From NCBI GenBank assembly GCA_951406725.2, contig OX597828.1, positions 1,488,001 through 1,552,000 of the forward strand: 64,000 nucleotides of DNA. Reading direction: 5' to 3'. This document shows, one piece after another, positions 42,665-62,558 of the stretch. This stretch comes from Octopus vulgaris. Lineage: Eukaryota. A model generated the notes under the pieces. That model was not told the origin of the DNA, did not search any database, and worked only from the letters and a program-made list of their open reading frames with translations. The position numbers and the translations under genes are program-made. Positions within the stretch are counted from its first letter, which is position 1; each line of letters opens with the position of its first letter.

Positions 42665-43598
42665 TCAATATAGGGTGGCAAAAAATTTCGTAGAATTTAT
42701 TTGCCACCAGCGGCCTAGTGGGAAAAAATTAAATAGTCATAGACCATTTATAAGTTCAACATCACAATCAAGGAATGGCCATAATAGGCCATTCACCCAC
42801 TAGAAATAACAGCCAAAGCTTCAACCGCAAAATAACATTAATTCCGCAAACCAGGAGAAAATTAAAAAAACATTTACCCTGTAATTTCTTATACGATGCA
42901 CCGTTTCATCTATTGTTTAATGGTAAACTAACCTGATTAAATTAAATCAAGCCAATCTTCCACCATGAAACGGTGCATCGTATAAGAAATTACAGGGTAA
43001 ATGTTTTTTTAATTTTCTCCTGGTTTGCGGAATTAATGTTATTTTGCGGTTGAAGCTTTTGGCTGTTATTTCTAGTGGGTGAATGGCCTATTATGGCCAT
43101 TCCTTGATTGTGATGTTGAACTTATAAATGGTCTATGACTATTTAATTTTTTCCCACTAGGCCGCTGGTGGCAAATAAATTCTACGAAATTTTTTGCCAC
43201 CCTATATTGATTAATTATGAATTTTCTGGTTAATTCCGTAATGGAATCGGCGGCTTATATTTGCTGCCGATAAATTTGGCGCGAGTGCGATGATTTGAAA
43301 ATTTTAGGTCAGATATTGCCGAGGCAGGGATAGAGGTGCCTCGTGATAATATCTGCTCGGATCTGGCTGTTTCTTACTGACGAATCTATCGGCCTATGGA
43401 AGATTGGCTTGATTTAATTTAATCAGGTTAGTTTACCATTAAACAATAGATGAAACGGTGCATCGTATAAGAAATTACAGGGTAAATGTTTTTTTAATTT
43501 TCTCCTGGTTTGCGGAATTAATGTTATTTTGCGGTTGAAGCTTTGGCTGTTATTTCTAGTGGGTGAATGGCCTATTATGGCCATTCCTTGATTGTGAT
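42659..43598 (+). mobile_element. Young non-coding retrozyme/mini-PLE: 5' inverted arm plus 1.3 tandem copies of a 485-nt monomer, in (TA)n
   Basis: Inverted arm 42659-42962; direct repeat period 485 nt (ATGAAACGG at 42965 and 43450). Copies differ by about one T, and there is no long ORF. Confidence 0.9.
43370..43474 (+). ncRNA. Intact type I hammerhead ribozyme
   Basis: UUUCUUA-CUGACGA-AUCUAU...AUAGAU-GAAA-CGGUGCAUCG-UA-UAAGAAA; 7-bp stem I, 6-bp stem II and near-palindromic stem III; predicted cut after 43467. Confidence 0.92.
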
Positions 43599-43814
43599 AT
43601 ATATATATATATATATATATATCTTGCCCACTGAGTGGGCAAACAAAAATATGAGACACAACCTAGTGCTTTTTTATGTTGATAAGCCTGGTACTTATTC
43701 TATTAGTTTGTTCTTGTGAAACCAGTAAGTTATGGGGATGTAAATAAATGAACAGCAGTTGTGAAGCAGTGATGAGGGCGAAACATAGAGACAAAGAAAC
43801 ACACATACATTTAC

Positions 43815-44135
43815 ATATCATCATCATCATCGTTTAACGTCCATGCTAGCATGGGTTGGACGGTTCGAACGGGGCATGGGAAGCCAGGAGGCTGCACCAA
43901 GCACCAGTCTGATCTGGCAGTGTTTCTACAGCTGGATGCCCTTCCTAACGCCAATCACTCAGTGAGTGTGGTGGGTGCTTTTTACGTGCCACTGGCACAG
44001 GGGCCATAGGGGACTGGCAAACTGCCACGATCGGTTGGTGCTTTTACGTGTCACCGACACGGACGCCAGTCAGGCGGCGCTGGCAACTCCCACGTTCGGA
44101 CGGTGCTTTTAACGTGTCACTGGCACGGGTATCTT
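43815..44135 (-). mobile_element. SINE/LINE 3' end with (GAT)n tail
   Basis: (CAT)n then CGTTTAACGTCC..GCTGGATGCCCTTCCTAACGCC, with internal about 60-bp repeats GGTGCTTTT(A)ACGTG. Confidence 0.6.
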
Positions 44136-44428
44136 TACAATATATATATATAGGAATTGGACAAAATAAAAGAAACACCTTAAAATTTCAAACAAATTAA
44201 TTTTAATGTGGGGTAGGACTGCCTTTAACAGTAATTACAGCTTGAATTCTATGATATTGCTGTGGGCTCGCCCTAGGCAAAAAGTTAAAACGTTTTTTTT
44301 GCTGATGACACTCCTCGGACCCTAAGTAAGGTATGTGTAAAATTTGAATGAAATTGGTTGTGCAGTTCTCAAGTTTTAGGGAAACACACAGACAGACAGG
44401 CACACATTCTCAGTTATATATATGTATA

Positions 44429-45587
44429 CTAGCATTAAAGACCCGTCGTTGCCGGGTCATAGTGTTAGTGCATGTATATATGTGTATATATATTTGTACA
44501 TATTACATGTACGTCTATATATATACATCTACACATAAAATACAAAATACAAAGTTATATCTTGATATCGCTAGTGATGATAACAATACTCAAAATATAT
44601 AACAGACTGGAATTGTTAGCCCGTCTCTTGTAATTTGGATCAATTGTATCTTGTCCTCCCTCTTGTATAGAAGTGTGGCTACAATCCAGCCTACCTCTAC
44701 TTCTGGGGGGGGATTAAAATTTTTTCCTGGGACCTCCTACGTCCCAGATATAAAGGTAAAAATAAAATATTTCCATTTTGCAAGTTTGAGTCGAGTACTC
44801 CCTTGCACGCTCCGTTGACTTGAACCTTGCTTCTATTGTGGCGAATTTACCGCCTCTGATTAGATACCTTTCATAGTCGCACCAAGACACTTTTCGAAGG
44901 TGCTTTCCTCCATGTGTTAAAATATTTTTTCTCTACATTGTATACTTTATAGACAATAGTCTTTTCTTTAATTTAAATTTTTATTATCCATCTGGACTAT
45001 TCCATTTCTGCACACTAATTTTATTTTTAATTTATTCCCATTCATGTGAAGCCACTTATTCAAGTTGAAATCATTGATGCAATTTTATACCAATTGCTAT
45101 TTCTACTTTTGTCATGTTACTTTAGTTTGATTTTAATTATTACTTACTACATATAATTCAATTGTTATTATTATTTTTATTGTTAAAGTGAAAGTATCTG
45201 ACATAAAATAGAGAAATGTTTTTGTTTCACTTTTAACACGTAATACTGAAATAGTGGAGAAGATATGATATTGCTATGGGCTCGCTCTAGGCAAGAAGTT
45301 GAACATTTTTTTGCCCATGAAACTACATGGACCCTAAGTAAGGCATGTGTAAAATTTGAATGGAATTGGTTGTGTAGTTTTCAAGTTTTAGGGAATCGTA
45401 GTGGAAAATATATGATATTGCTGTAGGCTCGCCCTAGGCAAAAAGTTAAAACGTTTTTTTTGCCGATGACACTCCCCGGACCCTAAGTAAGGCATGTGTA
45501 AAATTTGAATGAAATTGGTTGTGTAGTTCTCAAGTTTTAGGGAAACACACAGACAGACACACATTCTCAGTTTTATATATATAAAGA
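44429..45587 (-). mobile_element. Non-autonomous Helitron with internal tandem repeat
   Basis: CTAG|T at 44429, hairpin GACCCG..CGGGTC and A|TC at 45587. An about 145-bp unit repeats at 45250-45545 and again at 44250-44425. Confidence 0.75.
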
Positions 45588-46297
45588 TATATATAACATA
45601 AATTCATATAAGATATATATCACAAATATACTTATATAAAGTCTCTATATATTTATATGAATAAGTGTATACTATATATCTAGTGTGCATATATAATCTG
45701 TATAATATTACACAGTTGATATGTATGCATTTATACAGATGTACGTGTGTATGTGTATCTGTATGAACGTCTGTGTGTGAGAGAGAGTTAGAAAGAGAAA
45801 TAGCGATAAATAAAGAGAGAGAGAGTGAGTGTGTGTGAGTGTGAAAGAAAGAGTGTCTTCTCCTATAGCCTCGGGCCGTCCAAAGCCTTGTGAGTGGATT
45901 CGGTAGACGGAAACTGAAATAAAAAGGTCGTATTATTTGTTTCAGTCATTTCACTGCGGCCAAGCAGGAGCACTACCTTTAGTCGAGCAAGTCGGACCCA
46001 GGACTTATTCTTTGTAAGCCTAGTACTTATTCTATCGGTCCCTTTTGTCCAACCGCTATGTAACGGGGACGTAAATACACCAACATCGGTTGTCAAGCGA
46101 TGGTGGGGGACAAACACAGACAGACAGGTAGACACACATATATACTATATTTCAGTTTCCGTCAACCAAATGCATTCACAAGCCTTTGGTCGGCGCAAGG
46201 CTAAAGTAGAAGCCACTTACTCAAGATACCACGCAGTGGGACTGAACTCGGAACCATGTGGTTGGTAAGCAAGCTATTTACCACAGCCACACCCGCG

Positions 46298-46346
<49 letters not shown>

Positions 46347-46482
46347 AAACAGTGTGTACGTTGCGCTACATGAATGTATCAAGGGTTGCACAGAAAGAAC
46401 GCAAGGAGGACAAACATTTAGACGAACCGCTATGTTACGGGAACGCAAACACACCAATACTGGGACACACAGACACAAAGGT

Positions 46483-46531
<49 letters not shown>

Positions 46532-47143
46532 CATATATATTCAACGAGCCTACTCCCATACAACCTATAATATGTAAAATATAGAGTAATGCTTCGATAT
46601 ACGAGTTAAGTTGTTCTCCGAGACAGCGCGTAAAGCAGAGCAATAATGTCCCATAGTAGCAATTGTAAATCGTAATTCGTTTCCAGAAAAGCATTTTACG
46701 TATAAAATTTATAATTCTCGTAAATAAATGGCAATAAAACAACAGTAGAATACAAAGAATATTTTATGGAAAGTAAAAAGAATGTCAAAATCATTAATAA
46801 TAGTCAACAATATATTTATCATAATCGTTTTCTGAATCACTACCACTCGCACTAAACTCGCGCGCACCATCACGAAAATAAACAACGAAAATAAAAATGG
46901 AAAACGGGACAAGTTAACTCAGAGAAAGGATCCTTCATCAGTTGTCGGTTGTCTATCTATTACTCATATCGAGCATTCAACGACAATATGAGTCTTCAAA
47001 GACAATTGGTCGCATAAATTCTAAAATAAAATTTAGGATTTATGGGGGGTTAAAGTTGAAAACGAAAAATGACTGTGGAGACATACAAGGAAACCGAACG
47101 AAAACAAACCTGGAGGGTCGTTAGACCAGAATGACGGCTTTCA

Positions 47144-47219
<76 letters not shown>

Positions 47220-47351
47220 ATACTGGAAGCAATATTATCGATAATGGCTGAAATTGTGCTCGGCCTTCGGGCCAAAAACTGGTGAGAAGTTGGTGACCTT
47301 CCGTGTTTTCTGTTCGCCCGTGTATTTTAACTAATCCTGAAGATACAGACA

Positions 47352-47463
<112 letters not shown>

Positions 47464-47999
47464 CAGGTGAGCGGAGAAACGAAGGGTAGAGGCACTCAAT
47501 ACATTTAGTAGCAGTTACATATATTACTATTTAACAAGGTTTGGTTCGGCCTCATGCAACAAAATTCCATAAGTTTATGTAAGATACCGACGAAACTTTA
47601 AGTCACATGAGGCCGAATGAAACGGTTTTAAATAATGATGGTAATAATAATAATGATAATAATAGTGATAATAATGGTTTCAAATTTTGTCACAAGGGCA
47701 GCGGTTTTGGGGGAGAGGGAGTCGATTATATCGATACCAGTTGTTTAACTGGTATCGATTATATCGCTACCAGTTGTTCAACTGGTACTTATTTTATCGA
47801 CCCCGAAAGGTTGAAAGGTAAAGTTGACCTCGGCGGAAGTTGAACTCAAATCGTAGCGACGGGCGAAATACCGCTAAGCATTTCGGTCAGCACGCTAACG
47901 ATTTAGCTAGCTCGCCATAATAATAATAATAATAATGATAATAATGATAATAATGATAATAATGATAATAATAATGATAATACTAATAATAATAATAAT

Positions 48000-48034
<35 letters not shown>

Positions 48035-48056
48035 CAACAACAACAACAACAACAAC

Positions 48057-48150
<94 letters not shown>

Positions 48151-48152
<2 letters not shown>

Positions 48153-48570
48153 ACTGAGCGAAATAAAGAAAACTGAGCAAATATAAAGATCTTGAAATAG
48201 AAATCAGCAAAATGGAACCTGAAGACTAAAACAATACCTGTTGTCATAGGTGCTCTGGGAATGATAGCAAAAGGGGTTGATTCCTACCTAACTCAGATAC
48301 CAGGAAACCCCAAAATGGCAGAAATTCAAAAGATAGTGCTCATGGGATCTGCTCATATCCTACGCAAAATGCTTTCTATGTAATCTCAAGTTTTAAAACA
48401 AACATAATTTTAGTATGGTTCTTTAGGCATTCATTAGTACAACACTAAGTACAAAACCAAATATATGGGACCCTAGGCATAACACCAACATGAACTTCTA
48501 ACTTGTCTCTTGAGGTCTCTGGGTGAGACTTGGAGTCAACTTGTACAAATGCAAAGCAAAAGTCAAACAA
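48151..48570 (+). mobile_element. Dong-type 3' end in (TAA)n/(TGA)n
   Basis: KLSKYKDLEIEISK..IPGNPKMAEIQKIVLMG plus 3' UTR, followed by (TAA)n. Confidence 0.88.
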
Positions 48571-48621
<51 letters not shown>

Positions 48622-49577
48622 AATACTACTAATAATAATGATAATAATAATCCTTTCTACTATAGATACAAGCCCTGATACCTGTGGGAGGGGACTAGTC
48701 GATTACTTCGACCCCAGTGTTTCATTTAATCTATCGATCCGAAAGGATGAAAGGCAAAGTCGACCTCCGCGAAATTTGAACTCACAATGTGAATGCCGCT
48801 AAGCATTTTGCCCGGCGTGCTAACGATTCTAATAACAATATATATACATATATACATAAAAGAATATAAGGATAAACATCACGTTCATGATTTTCGCTGG
48901 AGTTTTTGGTAATTTTAGAAGGTATCGGCAGTTCAAGCATGCTGGAGAAATGTCGTTTTCGCCCGAAAAATAATTACATATATATATATATATATACACA
49001 CACACATACACACACACATACACACACACCGTTGGTTTGTGCATATACGCACACATGCACACACACACGCTGTTGGTTTGATTACGTCCCTGTTACTTAA
49101 CTGTTCGACAAGACACCGATAAAATAGATATATCAAATACATGCAACAGACTATTTTTTCGGCTAAAACTCTGGAGCATTATTGCAGTCTCTTAGCTTCC
49201 ACTGTAGTGGTTACTGGGCCGCTGTAATTAGCAGCTTTACTAATTATGATTGTATAGTGGAAAATTACGATAAAACTAATAATAATGTTCCTACGTATAT
49301 TTCAGTATTGCAGTTATTTGGAACTCGGCATTGGATACAGAGATTTAGTATTGGTTTCAAATTTTGGCATGAGGCAAGCAATTTCAGGAGAGGGGGTAAA
49401 TCGATTGCATCGACTCCAGTGCTGAACATAAAGACGAACAAAATGCCACAAAGCATTTTGCTGTGTGTGCTACAGAGAGAGTTTCAAATAATGGGGAAAA
49501 CATACGTGGGAAATATTTATATCTGTATATAAATTTAATTTACGACAATATATATATATATTTTTTGGAATTCTCCC

Positions 49578-49629
<52 letters not shown>

Positions 49630-49723
49630 TGTGAATTCTCCCCCCCTATATATATATATATATGGATATATATATATGTATGTATGTATATACATATATA
49701 TATATATGTATATATATACACAC

Positions 49724-49809
<86 letters not shown>

Positions 49810-49843
49810 GTATATATATACATATATATATATATGTATATAT

Positions 49844-49883
<40 letters not shown>

Positions 49884-49887
<4 letters not shown>

Positions 49888-50010
49888 GAAATTTATAGAA
49901 AAACAAAAGACGAAGACAGGTGTATGAACCAGCAAGTGTATTAGTTTAACGTACGGGAAAATGAGAAAGTCTTTTACGTTTCGAGACTACACTCTTCAAC
50001 AGGAGGGAAT
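49884..50010 (-). ncRNA. pLTR-like end with minimal HHR variant
   Basis: UUGAAGA-GUGUAGUCUC-GAAA-CG-UA; weak stem I. A truncated relative lies at 56190-56293. Confidence 0.45.
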
Positions 50011-50204
50011 AAAAAAATCTTGTAGATTTAGCGGTCAAGCATGGTGACTGGTTGGAAGAAACGGTTTGACAGGAGAGGTCGAATGAAGGGGTTAAATACA
50101 TATATATGTTTCTGTATATAACGAGATCAACGACGCTTCGTCGCTAGATAAGGTATTTAGTATTTTGTGAGTGGGGTGAATTTTCATCACTAGCTGGTGA
50201 TTAG

Positions 50205-50248
50205 CACACGTTGAGGAGGGTAACCACCCAGAAACTCGAGTCCGTGTG
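50205..50248 (+). ncRNA. HHR variant (UUGAGGA core, extra A before GAAA)
   Basis: CACACG-UUGAGGA-GGGU AACC ACCC-A-GAAA-CUCGAG-UC-CGUGUG; perfect stems I and II, palindromic stem III. Confidence 0.8.
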
Positions 50249-50722
50249 TATCACTTAATGCTAGGGATGAGAGCAATGACCTCTCCTCGCAAATACTAAT
50301 CGGACAGAATCTGTGTCGTTAGCCAGCTGGAAGAGATGTCTTCCTGAGGCTATAAACGTCAGTAGCACTGTCCCGTATAGGACGCCACACTTGGTTGCCA
50401 ATTATATGTTACGATGTATATATATATATCACCGTGATCACCGTGACCGACCAGGCTATCAGATGCTTCTACACATCGCTGGTCACCATGCATTTCGCAT
50501 TGTTTTAGCCTTCTAATGACGCCACCCTGCTGGCTAAGCGAGCAGGCAAATAGAAGAAAGAGTGAGAGAAAGTTGTGGCGAAAGAGTACAGCAGGGATCG
50601 CCACCAACCCCTGCCGGAGCCGCGTGGAGCTTTAGATGTTTTCGCTCAATAAACACTCACAGCACCCGGTCTGGGAATCGAATATATATATATATTCGAT
50701 TCCCAAACCGGGCGTTGTGAGT

Positions 50723-50864
<142 letters not shown>

Positions 50865-51033
50865 GTGTGTGTGCAGACGTGGGTGTGTGGTAAAAAGCTT
50901 CCTTCCCAACCACATGGTTCCGGGTTCAGTCAGTCCCACTGCATGGCACATTGGGAAAGTGTCTTCTACTCTAGTCTCGGGCCGACCAAAGCCTTGTGAG
51001 TGGATTTGGTAGGCGGAAACTGTAAGAAGCTAG

Positions 51034-51091
<58 letters not shown>

Positions 51092-51214
51092 TTAAGCACA
51101 AAGAGGCGAGGCTTAACAGGTCGCCTTACATACAAGAAGGAACAGTCAAAATGTCCAAACCGCAGTTAAGAGCAATTTCGAAGGGAATGAAAAATAACAT
51201 TTACCATGTTTTAC

Positions 51215-51287
51215 AACCGGACCTTAGGTGTTTCGAACTTTAATTAGCAAATAAAATAATTTGCAAGGGGAAGTTCTTATCAGCGTT
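51215..51287 (-). ncRNA. HHR variant (CUGAUAA core)
   Basis: AACG-CUGAUAA-GAACUU...AAGUUC-GAAA-C..G-UC-CGGUU. Confidence 0.55.
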
Positions 51288-51437
51288 ATACGCCAAAACA
51301 TTAACATATAAATTAGAGAGAAAAAAACATGTGTCTCATCCTTCTATATTATAATTTTTCAAATCCTCCGCAGTTTCAATTGGCAGCAAATATAAATTCC
51401 GATTAAACTTCAGAAATTGCTAAAAACATGTCTTAAA

Positions 51438-51603
51438 ATTAATATAGGGTAGGAAAAATTATAGAATTTTTTTCTTTCAGTGACCTAGCATGTATACAAA
51501 ATAAATAGACATATTTTACATATAAATATATTTCTATTGACTTTGTATACATGCTAGACCACTGGTAGAAAAATTTCTATAATTCATCCTACCCTATATT
51601 AAT
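51438..51603. mobile_element. Short fold-back, third member of the 2780/42659 family
   Basis: Arms 51438-51510 / 51532-51603; plus strand reads UCUAUUGACU..GCUAGACCACUGGUAG...CUACCCUAU. Confidence 0.7.
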
Positions 51604-51652
51604 ATTAATATATATACACATATATATGTGTGTATATATATATATATATGTT

Positions 51653-51703
<51 letters not shown>

Positions 51704-52207
51704 GCACACATATACATATATATCTAAGTATGTATTTATGTGTTTATGTCATCGAAATTAGAATAAGTTCTAGGGTCAATTTGTTCGACTAAAATCATTT
51801 AAGGCGTGCTCCAGCATCAAATGACTGAAACAAGTAAAAGAATCGGGCCGACCAAAATCTTGTCAGAGGATTTGGTAGACGGAAACCGAAAAAAGTCCCT
51901 GTCGTATATATTAAATATATATATAGATGTGTGTGTGTGTATGTATGTGTGTGTGTGTGCGTGTGTGCGCTGTGTGCGTGCGTTCATGTGTGTGTGCTTG
52001 TATCTGTGTTTACGTCCACGTAAGGTATCGGTTCCCCAAAACAGATAAATAGATAAATTCGAATCTTAAAATTAAAAGTACTGCCGACGATTTATTCGGC
52101 GCTATATAGTGACTCAAGAGGTGAGAATTTCGTAAAACATATTTTACTGTTTGTGTTAGCAAACCTAAAAATACGCTCTTATATATATATTAGATGCATA
52201 TATATAT

Positions 52208-52295
<88 letters not shown>

Positions 52296-53357
52296 TTATA
52301 TATTAATTTATATTATATTATATTATATTATATTATATTATATTATATTATATTATATATATATATATTCTTATAAACGTTTCAGCCCTAAAGCCGTGTC
52401 CATGGTAGGGTACCGCTACACACACACACACACACACACACCCACACACAAACACATGCACGTATGTGTATTAATACATACGTATATACATATACATATT
52501 TAATTTATAGAGTCAGAAGTTGAGATCCAGATATATGTGTGTGTGTGTGTGTGTTTGTATGTATAAATGTCTATCTGTCTGCCCGTCTGTCTGTATCATT
52601 ATAGAAAATGTGCATACACTTTCTTACTACTCGTATTTGAGACAACTTTAAAAGTTTACCGCTAAGTCTAGAAAAACTATATTTGTATCGTATACAGCAC
52701 ATAAAAGATATTTCAGTGAATGTTACCTCGTTGTAGAAGGTATTCGGAATTGATATCTTAAAGTCGACATCAGAAAAATGCCGCAAATTTCCATTTTCTT
52801 GCGTTCTTTCCTATATAATGTTTTAATATCTTATGGAAAAGAAGCTGAACGTATGACATGTATTGAAATTGTTGCATATTAAGATGTTTGAGCTTGTTTC
52901 AGTTACTTGTAATCATTTCCACTTCACATACTTCATCAAGAATAGAAACATTTGTTGGTACAGAACCACATTTGTTTGTCAGAAATTGAGTGACTTAATT
53001 ATGTAGCTGATGGTACAATTTTACTTTATACAAAGATTTTCGTAAAGTAGAAACGGTCAAGTATCGAAATAACTACCTTACAGCATAAGTAATCTTCCTT
53101 TATGTTCTGAGTTAAAATTTTGTTGAGACCTACTACTGGAATCAATGAAATCGACTATTATTAGTAACAGCATTATTAGTGTTAACTTGAAAATATCTCT
53201 TGTGATGTACCACCATGTGACACCTAACATCAGTCATATCTTACGATGAATTTGATCAGTAAACTTGGAAGTAAATGAAAACTTCACAATTTGCTTTTAG
53301 TTTTTTATATGATTTAGCTCGCTTGTTTACTTTTTATCAATAATAATAATAATAATC

Positions 53358-53574
53358 ATTTCTACTAAAGGCTCACGGCCTGAAATTGGGGGAGGGGACT
53401 AGTCGATTACATTGATCCCAGTGTTTTACCGGTACCTAATTTATCGACCCCGAAAGGATGAAAGGCAAAGTCAACCTCGACGGAATTTGAACTCAGAACG
53501 TAACGACGGACGAAATACTGCTAAGTATTTCGTCCAGCGTGCTAACCAATCTACCAGCCCGCCGCCTTAACAAC

Positions 53575-53628
<54 letters not shown>

Positions 53629-54029
53629 CCTTTCTACTATAGGCACAAGGCCTGAAATTTGGTGGGAGGAGACTAGTCAATTACATCGACCCCAGTGTTT
53701 CACTGGTACTTAATTTATCGACTCCGAAAGGATGAAAGGCAAAGTCGACTTCAGCGGAATTTGAATTCAGAACGTAGCGGCAGACGAAATACCTATTTCT
53801 TTATTACCTACAAGGGGCTAAACTTAGAGGGGACAAACAAGGACAGATATAGGTATTAAGTCGATTACATCGACCCCAGTGCGTAACTGCTACTTAATTT
53901 ATCGACCCCGAAAGGATGAAAGGCAAAGTCGACCTCGGCGGAATTTGAACTCAGGACGTATCGGCAGACGAAATACCGCAAAGCATTTTGCCCGGCGTGC
54001 TAACAATTTTGCCAGCTCGCTGCCTTATC

Positions 54030-54064
<35 letters not shown>

Positions 54065-54275
54065 TTTCTACTGTAGGCACAGGGCTTGAAATTTATTGGG
54101 AGGGGGCAAGTCGATTACATCGACCCTAGTACTCACCTAGTACTTAATTTATCGACCCCGAAAAGATGGAAGGTAAAGTCGACCTTGGCGGAATTTGAAC
54201 TCAGAACGTAGCGGAGACGGAATAACGCTAAGCATTTCACCCGGCGTGCTAACGAATCTGCCAGCTCGCCGTCTT
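53358..54275 (-). mobile_element. Head-to-tail array of family B SINEs separated by (TAA)n
   Basis: Repeated GAAAGGATGAAAGGCAAAGTCGAC..GAATTTGAACTCAG cores; blocks begin at about 53358, 53629 and 54065. Confidence 0.85.
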
Positions 54276-54278
54276 ATC

Positions 54279-54343
<65 letters not shown>

Positions 54344-54387
54344 TAATAATAATAATGATAATGATGATAATAATAATAATGATGATG

Positions 54388-54445
<58 letters not shown>

Positions 54446-55479
54446 TAATAATAATAATAAAGCGTAAATGTTCCCATTATAGAGCCTTGCGATATTATCT
54501 CTGATGAGTTAGATGTGAAGAAAAAGGATAAACTGTTGGTCAAGCAAGTTTACTGGCTGATTCCACGTTTGAGCCACTTCAGTTCGTTTATACAGGTAAT
54601 GCCATTGGAAAGGCTTTGAACGTCATCAAACTTCGAATCCATTCATTTGATGTCCCATGCTTATGAAATATTTTGTAAAAAAAAAATATTATTGCTTTAC
54701 AGTAATTTATTTTTAAAAATAGGTGAAGCATAATGTCTGAGTTTTTCCGCATCAGGGACTGAACCTTAAGGAACAGGTTCCAACTTCGTTATTGAAACTA
54801 ATTTGGGACTATGACTCTGCCCAACTGTGCGGCTGACATTGGTAAATGCATTGATTTACAACATAATATACATAAAAGTTTTAAGGATTTTGGAAAAAAA
54901 AAAGATAAAAAAATTTGAAATCGGAAATACTCATTTCAATATTTATTCTCATGCTTATTATAGACTTGAAATAAAACGTTAGTGTGTTATAGTTTTAACA
55001 GAAACCATATAATCATCAACCACTGAAATTTATTATTATCGCCATTGTCATCAACCTTATCATCATTATGAACCACATCATAATCATTATTAGTTTCATT
55101 ATCATAAAACAATCAGCAGTAAATAATCTGGTTTCAATATGCTTTCTTTAAAAAGCGATTTGATTCAAATAGTTTAGTTACAGTAAATAGTTTTCAAATG
55201 TAGACGTACAACTGCCCCTTTTGAATATTCGTAAGTACATGGGGTTAAAGAAGAATTTCACATTATGAATACTATCATAAGGGTGCATATAGTGTGTCTT
55301 CAACATTTAAGCCTGTTGAAGCTAATCTCTCCATGCAAAATTGTAAATATGAATTTACAAATACATGCATCTGCATATACGATTATATTCAACTGAACAT
55401 AATAAGAATATAGCTGGTTATCTTTACAAATTCTCAGAGGTATGTAAGGTGAAGTCCCGCTTGACAGTTACGCTCAGCT

Positions 55480-62080
<6,601 letters not shown>

Positions 62081-62274
62081 TACTTATTTCAGTCATTTGA
62101 CTGCGGCCAATGTGGGGCACCGCCTTGAAGAATTTCAATCGAACAGATCGGCACCAATACATTTTATATCTTTAAACCTGGTACTTGTTCTATCGGATTC
62201 GTTTGCCGGACCTCTAACTTAAACACACTAACAGCTGTTGTCAAGCGGTAGCAGGTGATAAACACAGATACAAA

Positions 62275-62348
<74 letters not shown>

Positions 62349-62491
62349 CACTCACACATTGATACATACATATACACACGACGGGCTTCTTTCAGTTTCC
62401 GTCAACCAAATTTACTCACGGTCGGAGGCCATAGTTGAAGGTACTCACCACACAGCCACGCCTATATTTTTGTTCGAACATATTTTACACA

Positions 62492-62558
<67 letters not shown>

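Noticed and set aside
47240-47290. GGCCUUCGGGCC-AAAAAC resembling HHR stem II
   Set aside because: No CUGANGA-like core, NUH site or stem I was found.
54465-54780. CR1/L2-like RT word (SQGSIMG; VP*GSV) on the minus strand
   Set aside because: Only a single weak motif, so it is not annotated as a feature.
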